Of a DNA stretch of 64,000 nt, positions 50,250 to 61,120 are shown piece after piece. A model generated the notes under the pieces. That model ran no database searches, had not been told where the DNA came from, and saw only the letters and a program-made list of their open reading frames with translations. Position 1 is the first letter of the stretch; each line of letters starts with the position of its first letter. The stretch comes from a virus (Duplodnaviria; Caudoviricetes), in IMG/VR virus record IMGVR_UViG_3300022561_000008, positions 3,469-67,468 of that record; one strand, given 5' to 3'. A program made the translations under genes and the position numbers.

Positions 50250-50843
50250 TTAGTTTGTTAAAATACACTCCATAAAAATACGGATATTTGTCGATACTGC
50301 CGAAGGTGTAAAAGCGTCAACTGCTTCCACAATTATGTGTATGTCTCTTGTGGTTGGATTAAGCATTACATTCGTGAACATATCAGAACCTACCGAAGCT
50401 CTACTACCCGTTCCGAAAGTAAGCGCAACGTGTCCTACTCTTTTTGCCGGATCGCTTACTGCATAGACGGAATTATTCACCTGATTAGTTACAGTATCCT
50501 TATAAATATTTACATTTATTGTTTTTCCAGCCAATCCGGTATCGTCTGTCTGTACGCGCATGTTTGTAATTATAACGCCAGATCCAGCCGCTTTTGCAAC
50601 GTCTGCAAAGAAGGCAAGTGTACCGCCAGATACTACATCACCCGCAAGATAAGGATCGAGGTTTGCCGGACGTGTAATCATAAGATCAAATGTCCTCACA
50701 ACATCTGAGAGCGAGGTGTTACCGTCATTCAAGTCCAAGACGGAAACTTTACCCATTAGTTGAGGATTGGATATTAGGCTTGTATTTTCGATGATTGTTC
50801 CTGCCGGAAACCCCATGTACGCTTCGTTTAATCTTAGTTTCAT
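50250..50843 (-). CDS. Hypothetical virion protein (beta-sandwich)
   Basis: 197 aa, ITRPANLDPYLAGDVV..FTPSA motif. Confidence 0.65.
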   Translation of the reverse strand: MKLRLNEAYMGFPAGTIIENTSLISNPQLMGKVSVLDLNDGNTSLSDVVRTFDLMITRPANLDPYLAGDVVSGGTLAFFADVAKAAGSGVIITNMRVQTDDTGLAGKTINVNIYKDTVTNQVNNSVYAVSDPAKRVGHVALTFGTGSRASVGSDMFTNVMLNPTTRDIHIIVEAVDAFTPSAVSTNIRIFMECILTN

Positions 50844-50955
50844 TTCTGTGTATGTTTTATATGTAAATATTATTCTTTTATGTTATTTTATTCTTGTTTC
50901 TTCTGCCGTTTCGACTCGATTGATTCAAAACCCTTGTTCCTATACGTAAGCCTTT

Positions 50956-52077
50956 CTAGGAGGGTAAAAGTGTGAGTATTCTATTTTTAATTTTTTCATC
51001 CCCTGCTCTCGTTGGGTGTAATCCGTCAGAAGTATCTGAGGCAGTTATCCACGGATCTGTAAATGTATCCAAACATGTTACCCCCACATTAGAACACGCT
51101 AAAGATATGGTTGATCTAATATTTGACCTGTCAAATATCGTAGCACCTGAAGTATCTGTCCATCTTGGGAATATGTTTATATAATAAATAGTAGCATTTG
51201 GATTTGATAACTTTAACGCTTGAATTTGATTTTCTACGGTTGTCCGTAAGGTTGTCATATTACTTTCCAAATTGCTGTCATTAGTGCCTAATTGGATCAT
51301 TATTATACTTGCATTATCATTTGCAGCGGCAGATACTTGGGTTGCCATATGAGCAATAATACTTGCCCCTCCTAATGAGTAAGTAGTAAATACCCACCCC
51401 TTTGTATAACAAATATCAAGTGCCCAACTTGGAGGGGTCGTTATTGAATCCCCAAGTGCTGTCATATAAGTATCAACATTTATTGCGTATAATTCAACGT
51501 TATCAATTTTTAAATCACAAATACCCAGCCTTTTAAAAATAAGTTGTTCGTCAATTGCCTTGAAATATATCAATTTATTCCCAGCAGATACGTTTGTCAG
51601 CGTATACATAGCTGATATATTCCCAATTGATACGGAGCCGGATGATTGTTCTGTAATTGTTAATTTTAATTTATAATAAGAACCAATATGTAAATATGAG
51701 CTATTAGATATAATGGAGGAATTGTTGCCTGCGGTACTCAGCACATTTCCAACACCCCCACTAATATTTGACTGACCGCCTAATACCCAAAAGGAGGACG
51801 ATGAAAAATCTCCATTCCTAATTATATTTCTACTTAAATACTCGTTTACTAAAATTGTTTTCTTCTTTATATTTGCAAGAGTGATCATTGCGTCATTAGA
51901 TGCAGATGTTCTATAAATATTAGTCCATTTGCCTGTATTTAATGTAATTGTCTCCACGCCTGTATTAGCAGATACCGCAAGCTGAATTAAATAATCATCT
52001 AATTCTTTTCTAAGGTTCAACAATGTCCCCTGCGATTGCCTAATTGATTTTACTCTGTTTAAATATTGTAACAACAT
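50956..52077 (-). CDS. SGNH/GDSL hydrolase with carbohydrate-binding-like domain
   Basis: LGDSIT, LGTND, DGLHP catalytic blocks; IIRNGDFS CBM-like start. Confidence 0.9.
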   Translation of the reverse strand: MLLQYLNRVKSIRQSQGTLLNLRKELDDYLIQLAVSANTGVETITLNTGKWTNIYRTSASNDAMITLANIKKKTILVNEYLSRNIIRNGDFSSSSFWVLGGQSNISGGVGNVLSTAGNNSSIISNSSYLHIGSYYKLKLTITEQSSGSVSIGNISAMYTLTNVSAGNKLIYFKAIDEQLIFKRLGICDLKIDNVELYAINVDTYMTALGDSITTPPSWALDICYTKGWVFTTYSLGGASIIAHMATQVSAAANDNASIIMIQLGTNDSNLESNMTTLRTTVENQIQALKLSNPNATIYYINIFPRWTDTSGATIFDRSNIRSTISLACSNVGVTCLDTFTDPWITASDTSDGLHPTRAGDEKIKNRILTLLPS

Positions 52078-52097
52078 ATCTTTGACTAGTTATATGT

Positions 52098-52813
<716 letters not shown>

Positions 52814-52914
52814 GACGTAAAGATAAGAAATTAAATGGTATTTGCAAGTATCAATTATTAATAGTGAAAATAGTTGTCACTAACATTATTTGCTAATAGC
52901 AACTACTTTTGATT

Positions 52915-55900
52915 TTACTGAATGATTACGCGAAGTCCGGTCCCGATAGATCCCTTCCCGCCCATAACAGCCCTGAAGTCCATCATAGCGTTGTAGGTGT
53001 TCGATTGAATCATAACTAACTGGGCTAAACTATTGGCGGTCACGCTTCCCGTATTTGAGAGAATTCCCTCAATTGATTTCAGGCTAATGTTCTGAAGCGA
53101 TACGTCTCCCCTAACTGCGTTTAGTAAGCTGGCAAGTAACTGAGCGGTATCTTCTGTTACGCCTTTGATTTCACCTTGGAGACCTTGTTTGGCTTTACCC
53201 GTAGGCTTAAATAAGTCAAAGCCATATTTTTCACCTTCTTTCTGGGCATCTTCAAGTCCGGTATTCACGGCATCAATTAACTCTGGTGCTTTTGCGAAGA
53301 ATCTACCTAAATCATCCATCCAACTTTGGTCTACCATCGCACCGGATATTGGCTTACCATCTGCGCCAACTCCATAGCTTGCTTTCATCTCATCCTGAAG
53401 TTGAGTAAATGCACCTTCGAAAGCAGCGTTGAAAATCATGTTGCTAAGAATGTTTTCCATTACCCCATTTACAGAATCTCCAAAAGCTGCGGCTGCATCT
53501 GTTCCATCTACGAAAGCTGTTACCAAAGCATTGCGAAGATCGTCACCCAAAGAGCCTGTCAGGTCAGTAATCACCTGCGTGATTTGTTCCCTTGCTTTTT
53601 CTGCGGCTTCGCTCCATGCGATTAGGTTTTCTAATACAGCTTTGGTCGCATCGGTTACGAGATTATTCGCAACGAGAGTTTTCGCAAGCTCGGCATTAAA
53701 TTCACCCTCTTTGGTTATTATTAACGGATATGTCTCTAATAATGGAGCCACCACGTCTTTCTTCTTTTTGGCAAATAGTCCAGCTATTAATCCGACCGCA
53801 CCCCCAACTATTGCTCCGATTGCTGTCCCTATGACCGGAACTATCGAGCCTATCGCAGCTCCCATCCCTGCACCTGCCCCAATTCCGCCAAGTACATTAG
53901 TTCCGCTTACGACATTTTTCTTACCTACAATCGCTTCCGATTTATTGAAAGCAGCCATAGCTTTCGAGTACATGTCATTGGCATTATTCAGCGCCTTTGC
54001 TCCATCGACAAGCCTACCTTCATAATTCTTTAGGAATACCGTACCATTAACATCTGAATTTAACCGAAGCTGATCATTTAAGAGTAAGTTGTATTCAAGC
54101 TGTTGGGATATGATTGATTTGTAATACTCATCCATAACCCGTTTGCGTTCTTGTGCTGCGCCAACAACCATGCCTATTAGGGATGTTGCGCCAGATATTG
54201 CGGCACTATACGCCTCAGACTTGCTTAACCCCTCTTTACTAAAAGCCTTTTGAAGTGTGGTGGCAGCACTCATAAGTAAGCCCAAGGAGTCTGCAAGTTC
54301 AGAATTGTATACTCTTACGCCTTCAATTAACTGCTTTGTGCTTTCATTTATTTGTTCCCTTACAGTTAATTCCTTTTTTAAAGCGTTGGTATTAGTGTCT
54401 GCATCTAATTGACCTTGTAATAAAACTGCTTGTTTCTGTTGTTCTGGGTCAGTTGATGCCCTAAGTAAGTCTATCTTGCGCTGTTGAATCTTCTTAAAAG
54501 TTTGGAAATTAAGCTCGGTAAGTACATTTTCGCGATCAAATCCATTCGCCTTTATTTCATTTTTCTGATATTCAATTTCTTGTGAGAACTCCAATTGTCT
54601 AACCCCAAACTCAATATCTAATTCTCGCATTGCTGTCAGGCGTTTTCTTTCAATATCTATACCCAAAGCATTCCCAGCAGGACTATTTACCTCTTTGGCT
54701 TTCTTCGCCCAATCGTCATACTTCTCATTCAGAGCGGCACGTTCGCGTTCGATACCATACAAGAAGGCGTCATTTACGTCTCGCTGAATCTCTTTGATTT
54801 TATATGCCCAATCCTTATTTATTTTAACTGTCCGCTCTGCCAAATCTTTCTCGGCATTAATCCTTAGCTGAGAATCATGGGCTAAGCCTTCATCTGCCAA
54901 TTTCTGAACTCCGGCAGTTTTTATTCCTGTCTGCGCAAAGTCTTTAATCTCTCCGGCTGACCCCATCTTAATTCCGGCAGCTTCGTTAAGTTCTTTCAAT
55001 CTTAACTGCTTCATTTTGTCGATAGCATCAACCCTTTTGGCGTATTCAAGATCGCTCAATGCAAATTCTTTATCCATAGAATTTTCCATGTTTGCGATTC
55101 TCGTCGCTGCAATCCCTGCGTCATAATTGGCAAAATCTTCATGATCTTGCTGATATTGGCGATTCAATTCATCTATGGCACGATTGCGTTTTTCAAGATC
55201 AGATTCCGTCTTTTTATCTTTCTTTGCCTGTTCTTTATCGTATTGTCCTAAAAGCTGTTCGTTTATGACTTTATACATATCGAACTTCTGCTGAAGATCA
55301 GCCACTATCTTTGCTTTATCTGCGGCAGTGCCACCCTCGGTCAATCTGGGAGCAGGAGTAGCTAAAGCTCTGTCTAAGTTCTCTTTTGCATTTGTTAGAT
55401 TATTCGCAAAATTCTTGTATATTTCATCGTCCGGTAAATTATCCTCAATACTCTTAGCTACATCACGATTCGTTTGATCAAATTGCTTAAGGGCATCAAT
55501 ATCTAATTTTAACCGTTTGGCAAGACTGCCTCTTGGTGCTTCTGCTTGGATTGCTCTTCGTTTTGAATTAGCCTCTTCCTCTCTGCCAACAGAACGGAGG
55601 TATGTTTCTTCCTCTGCGAGCTGGGCTATTTTTATTCTTTTTATTTCGTTGTTATACGCCTCTCCCGCGCTGAATTGTTTTGCCTTAATCCTTTGCTCGT
55701 CATAACTTGCAGCAATCTTATCCATAGCAATAACCTGATTCTCGGTTATGATTGTGTTCGTGCCATGAAGAGATTTTGTCTGCTCTTCTAACGCCTTTGT
55801 TTTGGCGTCAACGTCAGCAATAGAGTTGGCGTATTTTTGTAATGCCTGAAACGCATCGCTATTAATAACCTGTACGGTAGTCGATTTTGCGCCAGCTTTA

Positions 55901-57921
55901 TTTAGCGATTCTTGTAGTAAATTTAATAATCCATCAGATTCAGATATAAGTGCAGGATTCTTTCTTATGGCATTAAACATGCTCCCAATAATACTGGTGG
56001 CGACCTGACTGCTAAGTCCGAAACCCTCACCCGACATGGTGAGACCCTTTGTGAGAGATTTTCTTATCTGAGCCTCTGCATCACTAATATCTTTTACCTG
56101 ACTTTCATTTATAGCCGTAACTCCTGTGGAATACAACTTAGCCCTCGCGTTTGCATATAGAGCTTCAGTGGCTAAATCTATCTTTGATACTACGCTTTCG
56201 TAACTATCGCTCTCTTGAATCATACCTTTTAGGTACGGACTCATTACGGAGTTCAATTGTTTTATCGCATCGGCTCGCTCTTGTGTTCCTTCTGCTGCAC
56301 CTTTTAATTTCTGCATTAAAACTTCTACCTGAGTCACCGTAGCTGTGGCATCTGCGGCAGTTTCTTTAAAAATTCCATCTAATGCTTTTTGTAATTCCTT
56401 GGCTCTATCTGTTGCTAAAGCCATATACGTAACCAATCCAGCAATTGCGGTAAGTACGATGCCTATGGCGTTTGCCTTCATTACTACGGCTAATCTTGCG
56501 AATGCACCGGATGCAAGATTCGTTGTCGCGGCTAATGCTATCTGAGAACTTGACATTGCTACGTTTGATGCAATATTCGCCCTCATAACCCCAATTGATG
56601 CTACCCTTATTGCTAAAGACGCCTTTTCATATACATTTATCAGTATCAGTGCAGTCTTGTAGGCTCCATACATCGTGATGACAGTTCCCAAAACTTGTAC
56701 TACCTGTTCCCAATTACGCATAAGGTTGGTAAGCATATCTACTCCGCCTTTCAGCTTACTGCTCTGCCCCTCACCAATAACGTTTAACATTATCTGATAG
56801 GCATCCTTTAAGTTGGAAATCTTACCTACTAAAGTCTCAGATTGCTTCTTCTGCATTTCGAAGAACATTCCACCAGAGCTGGTCAAGTCGGTAAATATTT
56901 CATCTACCATCTTGAAAGAAACCATCCGGTTCGATATTTTTTCAAAGACTTCTCCGGCAGAAACTACACGACCTTCAAGTTTTCCGAACTTGTCCGCCAA
57001 CTTGTCCACTATCGGAATACCAGCCTCTGTAAATTGCCTAAGCTCCTGTCCTCTTAGCACCGTTGCTGCTTTTACCTGACCATAAGCAAGAATTATTCGA
57101 TCCATATCCACACCAAGTCCGGCAGATACATCCGCCAGCTTCGTCATGGTTCCAAATAACTTATCCGTCTCAATTGAGAATGCAGCGAGCTGTTTGGTGT
57201 CTCTTAATAAATCCTGAAAAGTAAAAGGCGATTGTACCGATAGTGTTTTGACCTGAGAGAATATTTTATCTGCGGCTTCTTTGTCTCTGACAATTGCACG
57301 TAAAGCAACCCTCTGAAGTTCGAACTCTCCAGACACCATCGCTAATTGTTTTATAAAGGCTGCAATACCGGCCACCGTGAATGCTGTTCCAAGCGTACTT
57401 GCGAGTTGTAGTGCGATTCCACGTTGGGTCAGGAAGGCTCGGCTTGTCATACCGGAATGGTTTGCAAGATTCTGCTGTGATCTTGCTGCGGCATTAGCGG
57501 CTGTCGTAACTCTAGATGCAGATGCGGCTGCTTGGTTTTGAGCGATAACTAATCTCTGGGCAGAAGTGAGTGCGGCATTGTTGGATATTGTTTGTGCATT
57601 ACCTAATGTTTGCTGTGCGGCAGTATTGCGTTGATTTATGCCCACCGCCTGTAAGTTTGTTACATTTAGCGCGGCTTGTGATCTCGCCCTTACGTCTGCT
57701 GCTCTTGCTGCGGATAGATCCGCCTTCGCCAACCTCTCAGTGGTTAGTGCATTTTTGGCTGTAATCCCTGCCGACTGACTCGCTAAAGCCAAATTCGCCT
57801 TAGTTATGGACGGGTCTACCAGAGCTGCCGTTATTTTTGCTTTTGCCTTTGCAAGTTGCGCATCTAATTGCGATTCATCGACTCCAAGTGTATAATGCAG
57901 ATCTCCAAGTGATACGCCCAT
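52915..57921 (-). CDS. Tail tape measure protein
   Basis: 1668 aa, Ala-rich helical, tape-measure domain SPFTFQDL..QLAAF..LAYGQV..ELRQF. Confidence 0.95.
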   Translation of the reverse strand: MGVSLGDLHYTLGVDESQLDAQLAKAKAKITAALVDPSITKANLALASQSAGITAKNALTTERLAKADLSAARAADVRARSQAALNVTNLQAVGINQRNTAAQQTLGNAQTISNNAALTSAQRLVIAQNQAAASASRVTTAANAAARSQQNLANHSGMTSRAFLTQRGIALQLASTLGTAFTVAGIAAFIKQLAMVSGEFELQRVALRAIVRDKEAADKIFSQVKTLSVQSPFTFQDLLRDTKQLAAFSIETDKLFGTMTKLADVSAGLGVDMDRIILAYGQVKAATVLRGQELRQFTEAGIPIVDKLADKFGKLEGRVVSAGEVFEKISNRMVSFKMVDEIFTDLTSSGGMFFEMQKKQSETLVGKISNLKDAYQIMLNVIGEGQSSKLKGGVDMLTNLMRNWEQVVQVLGTVITMYGAYKTALILINVYEKASLAIRVASIGVMRANIASNVAMSSSQIALAATTNLASGAFARLAVVMKANAIGIVLTAIAGLVTYMALATDRAKELQKALDGIFKETAADATATVTQVEVLMQKLKGAAEGTQERADAIKQLNSVMSPYLKGMIQESDSYESVVSKIDLATEALYANARAKLYSTGVTAINESQVKDISDAEAQIRKSLTKGLTMSGEGFGLSSQVATSIIGSMFNAIRKNPALISESDGLLNLLQESLNKAGAKSTTVQVINSDAFQALQKYANSIADVDAKTKALEEQTKSLHGTNTIITENQVIAMDKIAASYDEQRIKAKQFSAGEAYNNEIKRIKIAQLAEEETYLRSVGREEEANSKRRAIQAEAPRGSLAKRLKLDIDALKQFDQTNRDVAKSIEDNLPDDEIYKNFANNLTNAKENLDRALATPAPRLTEGGTAADKAKIVADLQQKFDMYKVINEQLLGQYDKEQAKKDKKTESDLEKRNRAIDELNRQYQQDHEDFANYDAGIAATRIANMENSMDKEFALSDLEYAKRVDAIDKMKQLRLKELNEAAGIKMGSAGEIKDFAQTGIKTAGVQKLADEGLAHDSQLRINAEKDLAERTVKINKDWAYKIKEIQRDVNDAFLYGIERERAALNEKYDDWAKKAKEVNSPAGNALGIDIERKRLTAMRELDIEFGVRQLEFSQEIEYQKNEIKANGFDRENVLTELNFQTFKKIQQRKIDLLRASTDPEQQKQAVLLQGQLDADTNTNALKKELTVREQINESTKQLIEGVRVYNSELADSLGLLMSAATTLQKAFSKEGLSKSEAYSAAISGATSLIGMVVGAAQERKRVMDEYYKSIISQQLEYNLLLNDQLRLNSDVNGTVFLKNYEGRLVDGAKALNNANDMYSKAMAAFNKSEAIVGKKNVVSGTNVLGGIGAGAGMGAAIGSIVPVIGTAIGAIVGGAVGLIAGLFAKKKKDVVAPLLETYPLIITKEGEFNAELAKTLVANNLVTDATKAVLENLIAWSEAAEKAREQITQVITDLTGSLGDDLRNALVTAFVDGTDAAAAFGDSVNGVMENILSNMIFNAAFEGAFTQLQDEMKASYGVGADGKPISGAMVDQSWMDDLGRFFAKAPELIDAVNTGLEDAQKEGEKYGFDLFKPTGKAKQGLQGEIKGVTEDTAQLLASLLNAVRGDVSLQNISLKSIEGILSNTGSVTANSLAQLVMIQSNTYNAMMDFRAVMGGKGSIGTGLRVIIQ

Positions 57922-57922
57922 G

Positions 57923-58362
57923 TTATGCTTCGTTTAATATTGGTTCTGTGCTGTTAAGCAACTTTGTTAAATCTATTTCTACGCCTTCCTTCTCTTTCTG
58001 ACTTGCCAAATATCTCTGGTATATCTCCTCGTTGGCAATAACGGATTCATCGTAATCCTGCTTGGTATAGCCAGCTTTCTTCTTGTTGTATTCAACGTGA
58101 GGCAGATCAGAAGCCATTAGTGCTATTTTTGCATTACTAAGAACGCATCTGTAAGTGTATTCCTCTATCGAAATCAGTCCCCACAGTAGCCGAAGCGGTT
58201 CTAAAGCCCAAGGGTACTTTTCTCCAAAAGCGGCTTTTGTGCCGAGGTAAGTTCTTGAAGGTATTGCTCTGCTTCCACTTTCGTCATCGTCCTCATCGTG
58301 TCCATCATCGTCGCTGCCAATACCATACTCACATAATACCCCTCCACTCCCATTTTTTTTTT
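57923..58362 (-). CDS. Tail assembly chaperone, -1 frameshift extension (gpT-like)
   Basis: -1 frame open from the A10 run (58353-58362) through ..FGEKYPWALEPLRLLWGL..MASDLPHVEY.. to stop at 57923. Confidence 0.7.
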
Positions 58363-58716
58363 ACCTTCCATTATAATTGGCTGTAACTGCTCAAAGTCAT
58401 ATTGCTTTACGTAAAATAGCCATCTCCAATGTATTGCATGAAAGAATTTGATTGTCCAAAAATTATTTAGGATTACGTAGGATGCAATTTTAGCGACTAT
58501 TTTTACTTTAGTTGCCATGAATTTTACCACCTCTTTTGAATCCATTTCGGATGGAGCTTCATTTTCAAGGAACGCTTGGCTTACTTTGTTTGTGGTGTAT
58601 GGCTTTAACCAAGTAATTTGGTAGGACTTTTTTGTTCTGGGAATCTCAACCTTCGTCGGAAGGTTCTGATCTATGCTGATAAGTTCTTTTTGTGCTGTTT
58701 TGCTGGGCTGTTTCAT
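58201..58716 (-). CDS. Tail assembly chaperone (gpG-like)
   Basis: Between major tail and tape measure genes; contains slippery GGT AAA AAA AAA ATG. Confidence 0.75.
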   Translation of the reverse strand: MKQPSKTAQKELISIDQNLPTKVEIPRTKKSYQITWLKPYTTNKVSQAFLENEAPSEMDSKEVVKFMATKVKIVAKIASYVILNNFWTIKFFHAIHWRWLFYVKQYDFEQLQPIIMEGKKKMGVEGYYVSMVLAATMMDTMRTMTKVEAEQYLQELTSAQKPLLEKSTLGL

Positions 58717-58735
58717 CGTCTGCTGTTTGCTGTTA

Positions 58736-58768
58736 AAAAGAAGGGTGGCAACACATGTGCGCCACCCC
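58736..58768 (-). terminator. Intrinsic terminator after major tail gene
   Basis: GGGTGGC/GCCACCC stem followed by TTCTTTTT on minus strand. Confidence 0.75.
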
Positions 58769-58804
58769 TATTATTGAGAGAAGAAAAGAAGTCTCTTTAC
58801 CCGA

Positions 58805-59359
58805 TTACACGTTAATAGCGTTCAGGATGATGAAGTCAGATTTCAATGGATCTGGATTTGCCAAAACATCAAACTTCAGTTCGATTGCGCCCGCCGTAGT
58901 AGAAGAAGGTGGAACCAATTTACGAGAAATGGAAAGGTTGTAGAAGATGTAAGCCTGATCCCCTGATCCCACCTCAACCTTAAACATTAAGTTAGGATCT
59001 TTAAGGTCAAGTTTCATTCCTACTGCCTCGTAAGATTTACTACCAACTACAAGAGGAGCTAATACTGTGGCCGTTTCTGTTACGGTATTGAAGAACATAT
59101 TCAACATTGCGGTTGATGTATTCGGAACCTGCCATGTTGCTGTAATCTTTCCGGCTTTCGTTACAGAGTAGATAGGGGCTTCTGATTGGTCGGTGAAGAT
59201 TTCAGTAACCGTACCGTCCGCTTGTTCCAGCTTGAATGTATCGCGGATACTCTGGAAGGTTTCAACCCATGTTGCAGATAGCGGAGTTGTAGATTTGGTT
59301 GCGGTGTAAAATTTACCAGTACCGACCGCGATAATGCTTGATTTTGCTGAATTTGCCAT
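58805..59359 (-). CDS. Major tail tube protein
   Basis: Position, beta-rich 184 aa, LEQADGTVTEIFTDQS..PIYS. Confidence 0.75.
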   Translation of the reverse strand: MANSAKSSIIAVGTGKFYTATKSTTPLSATWVETFQSIRDTFKLEQADGTVTEIFTDQSEAPIYSVTKAGKITATWQVPNTSTAMLNMFFNTVTETATVLAPLVVGSKSYEAVGMKLDLKDPNLMFKVEVGSGDQAYIFYNLSISRKLVPPSSTTAGAIELKFDVLANPDPLKSDFIILNAINV

Positions 59360-59360
59360 T

Positions 59361-59759
59361 TTAATTATTGTTAAATTTTATTAAAACATTTATGTTAATT
59401 GCGTCAACGTCATAGCCTGTTCCGTCAAGCCCTAACGGTATGTTTGAAAGATAAGTAAATTCGTACTTACTAGTACTTATCGGTAATGCTCTCATCACAT
59501 TCTTGGAATATAAAGACATCTTTGCAGAGTCCTTAACCCCAGATAACTCTTTAGTGTAAACTTCAACCCTGCAAATAGTCCTACCATAAGCATACTTATC
59601 TACAATCTCTGTGACTGCTTTTGCGACTACGAAGGCAGGAACAGTTGTAGTGGTTGCGCTCGGTCTGCGGTTCGGATATATTACCGGACAGACATTCGCT
59701 GACTTTAACGCTTGCCAAAGATCGTTTTCAATAGAGCCGATGTCGTAGTTACTGTTCAT
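59361..59759 (-). CDS. Tail terminator-like protein
   Basis: Position; YPNRRP..FVV..CRVEVY pattern. Confidence 0.55.
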   Translation of the reverse strand: MNSNYDIGSIENDLWQALKSANVCPVIYPNRRPSATTTTVPAFVVAKAVTEIVDKYAYGRTICRVEVYTKELSGVKDSAKMSLYSKNVMRALPISTSKYEFTYLSNIPLGLDGTGYDVDAININVLIKFNNN

Positions 59760-60214
59760 ATTCGTTTAAAATCTCGTAAAAAATGCTGTTCTGCATACTG
59801 ATATCCATGAGTGAGAACATCCGCATATTTAATCCTAAATCGCTCATGCCATTCTGCATATGCCTCTCCTGCTACTACCACCAATTGCCAATCCCCTGTC
59901 GAATCAAATTCGCTAAGAATAATGGAACCCCAATCTGCGCCAAAACCACCTCTTGCGTCAGTCTTAACAGCGCGAGGTGGGTTCATCCATTTCTTTACCT
60001 CTACGCCCCTATGAAATATCGCATATCCATAAGAATCATGTAAATTATACGTAATATTATGGTATCCTTTATAATCAAGCGCATAATTAATGCTTGTCTC
60101 TGCCAATTTACTAAGCGATTCTACTATTGCCATCTCGGCAATCTGCTTAATCTTAGCCATCCCATCGTTAAGAACTTTGTCGTTAGGAATCCACCTCTTT
60201 GTCGCTCTTGCCAT
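59756..60214 (-). CDS. HK97 gp10-like tail completion protein
   Basis: YHNITYNLHDSYGY..LVVVAGEAYAEWHE. Confidence 0.65.
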   Translation of the reverse strand: MARATKRWIPNDKVLNDGMAKIKQIAEMAIVESLSKLAETSINYALDYKGYHNITYNLHDSYGYAIFHRGVEVKKWMNPPRAVKTDARGGFGADWGSIILSEFDSTGDWQLVVVAGEAYAEWHERFRIKYADVLTHGYQYAEQHFLRDFKRI

Positions 60215-60773
60215 TGTCGATAGTATCTAAGTCAATATCCGAGTTCTTCTTAATCACACCCTTGAAAATGTTATAGATCGGATCGAGCATTTTGAAAATC
60301 CTAAAGGAAAATCCCATCTTCTCAAAGTTCTCATCAATAGATTTCATTTCCCAAAAGCAAATCTTAAAGATCACAAACAGTTTCACAACTGTAATCGCTT
60401 CGGTAATCCATGTGTATCCATAAACGGCAGATTCTTTTACTAAGCCATTTAGCGCGTAAATGAAAACTGTGTAGGAGCCAAACTTGAAAATCCATCGCAA
60501 ACCCTTTTTGCTGGATATGGATTCTCTGCCATCTATGATTGCGGCAGAAGTTACACCAGTTACTAAGTCAATGAACATTATTATAAAAATCATCAGACAA
60601 ACCCAAACTGTCATTCCTAATACTTCGTTTGCCCAATAACTAAACATCGTTGTCACCATTGCTATTGAGGTTGCTACCGTTCCTAAAAACGTAGTCTCCT
60701 TGGCTTTTTCTGTGCCTAAAGAAAACATCGGTTTCAAAAAACTATATTGTTCAAGGACTGTCCACATAATCAT
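60183..60773 (-). CDS. Holin (phage holin family 4-like)
   Basis: IDLVTGV..ISSKKGLR..K..FWEMKSIDENFEKMG; several TM segments. Confidence 0.75.
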   Translation of the reverse strand: MIMWTVLEQYSFLKPMFSLGTEKAKETTFLGTVATSIAMVTTMFSYWANEVLGMTVWVCLMIFIIMFIDLVTGVTSAAIIDGRESISSKKGLRWIFKFGSYTVFIYALNGLVKESAVYGYTWITEAITVVKLFVIFKICFWEMKSIDENFEKMGFSFRIFKMLDPIYNIFKGVIKKNSDIDLDTIDNGKSDKEVDS

Positions 60774-61120
60774 TAATTATTGACTCTGTTGTGCCATATT
60801 ACACACCCCAGATTGCCGTTGTAGCTGTTTACAACTTCCCCGACAAAAGTTTTTACGCGATCTGTAATCACAACTGAGTCGCCAGTCTCAAACAAAACCT
60901 CATTGAATGGCATTGATACGGTATAGTCAGAAATAAATACACCTTCAGTTATTCCGGTACTGCCGGATCGTGATGGATAATTTCTACATTCGCCTTCAAA
61001 AACATCTATAATCTCTGATGTAGGAGGATTAACATCGGTGCGTACAAGAGTTCTTGTAACTACAATCCAATGTGGAAATCTTGGATTAAACCCGATTCCG
61101 TTAGTACCTCGCCTGAGCAT
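60773..61120 (-). CDS. Head-tail joining protein
   Basis: NPRFPH..FEGECR..YTVSMP..GDSVVITD. Confidence 0.6.
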   Translation of the reverse strand: MLRRGTNGIGFNPRFPHWIVVTRTLVRTDVNPPTSEIIDVFEGECRNYPSRSGSTGITEGVFISDYTVSMPFNEVLFETGDSVVITDRVKTFVGEVVNSYNGNLGCVIWHNRVNN

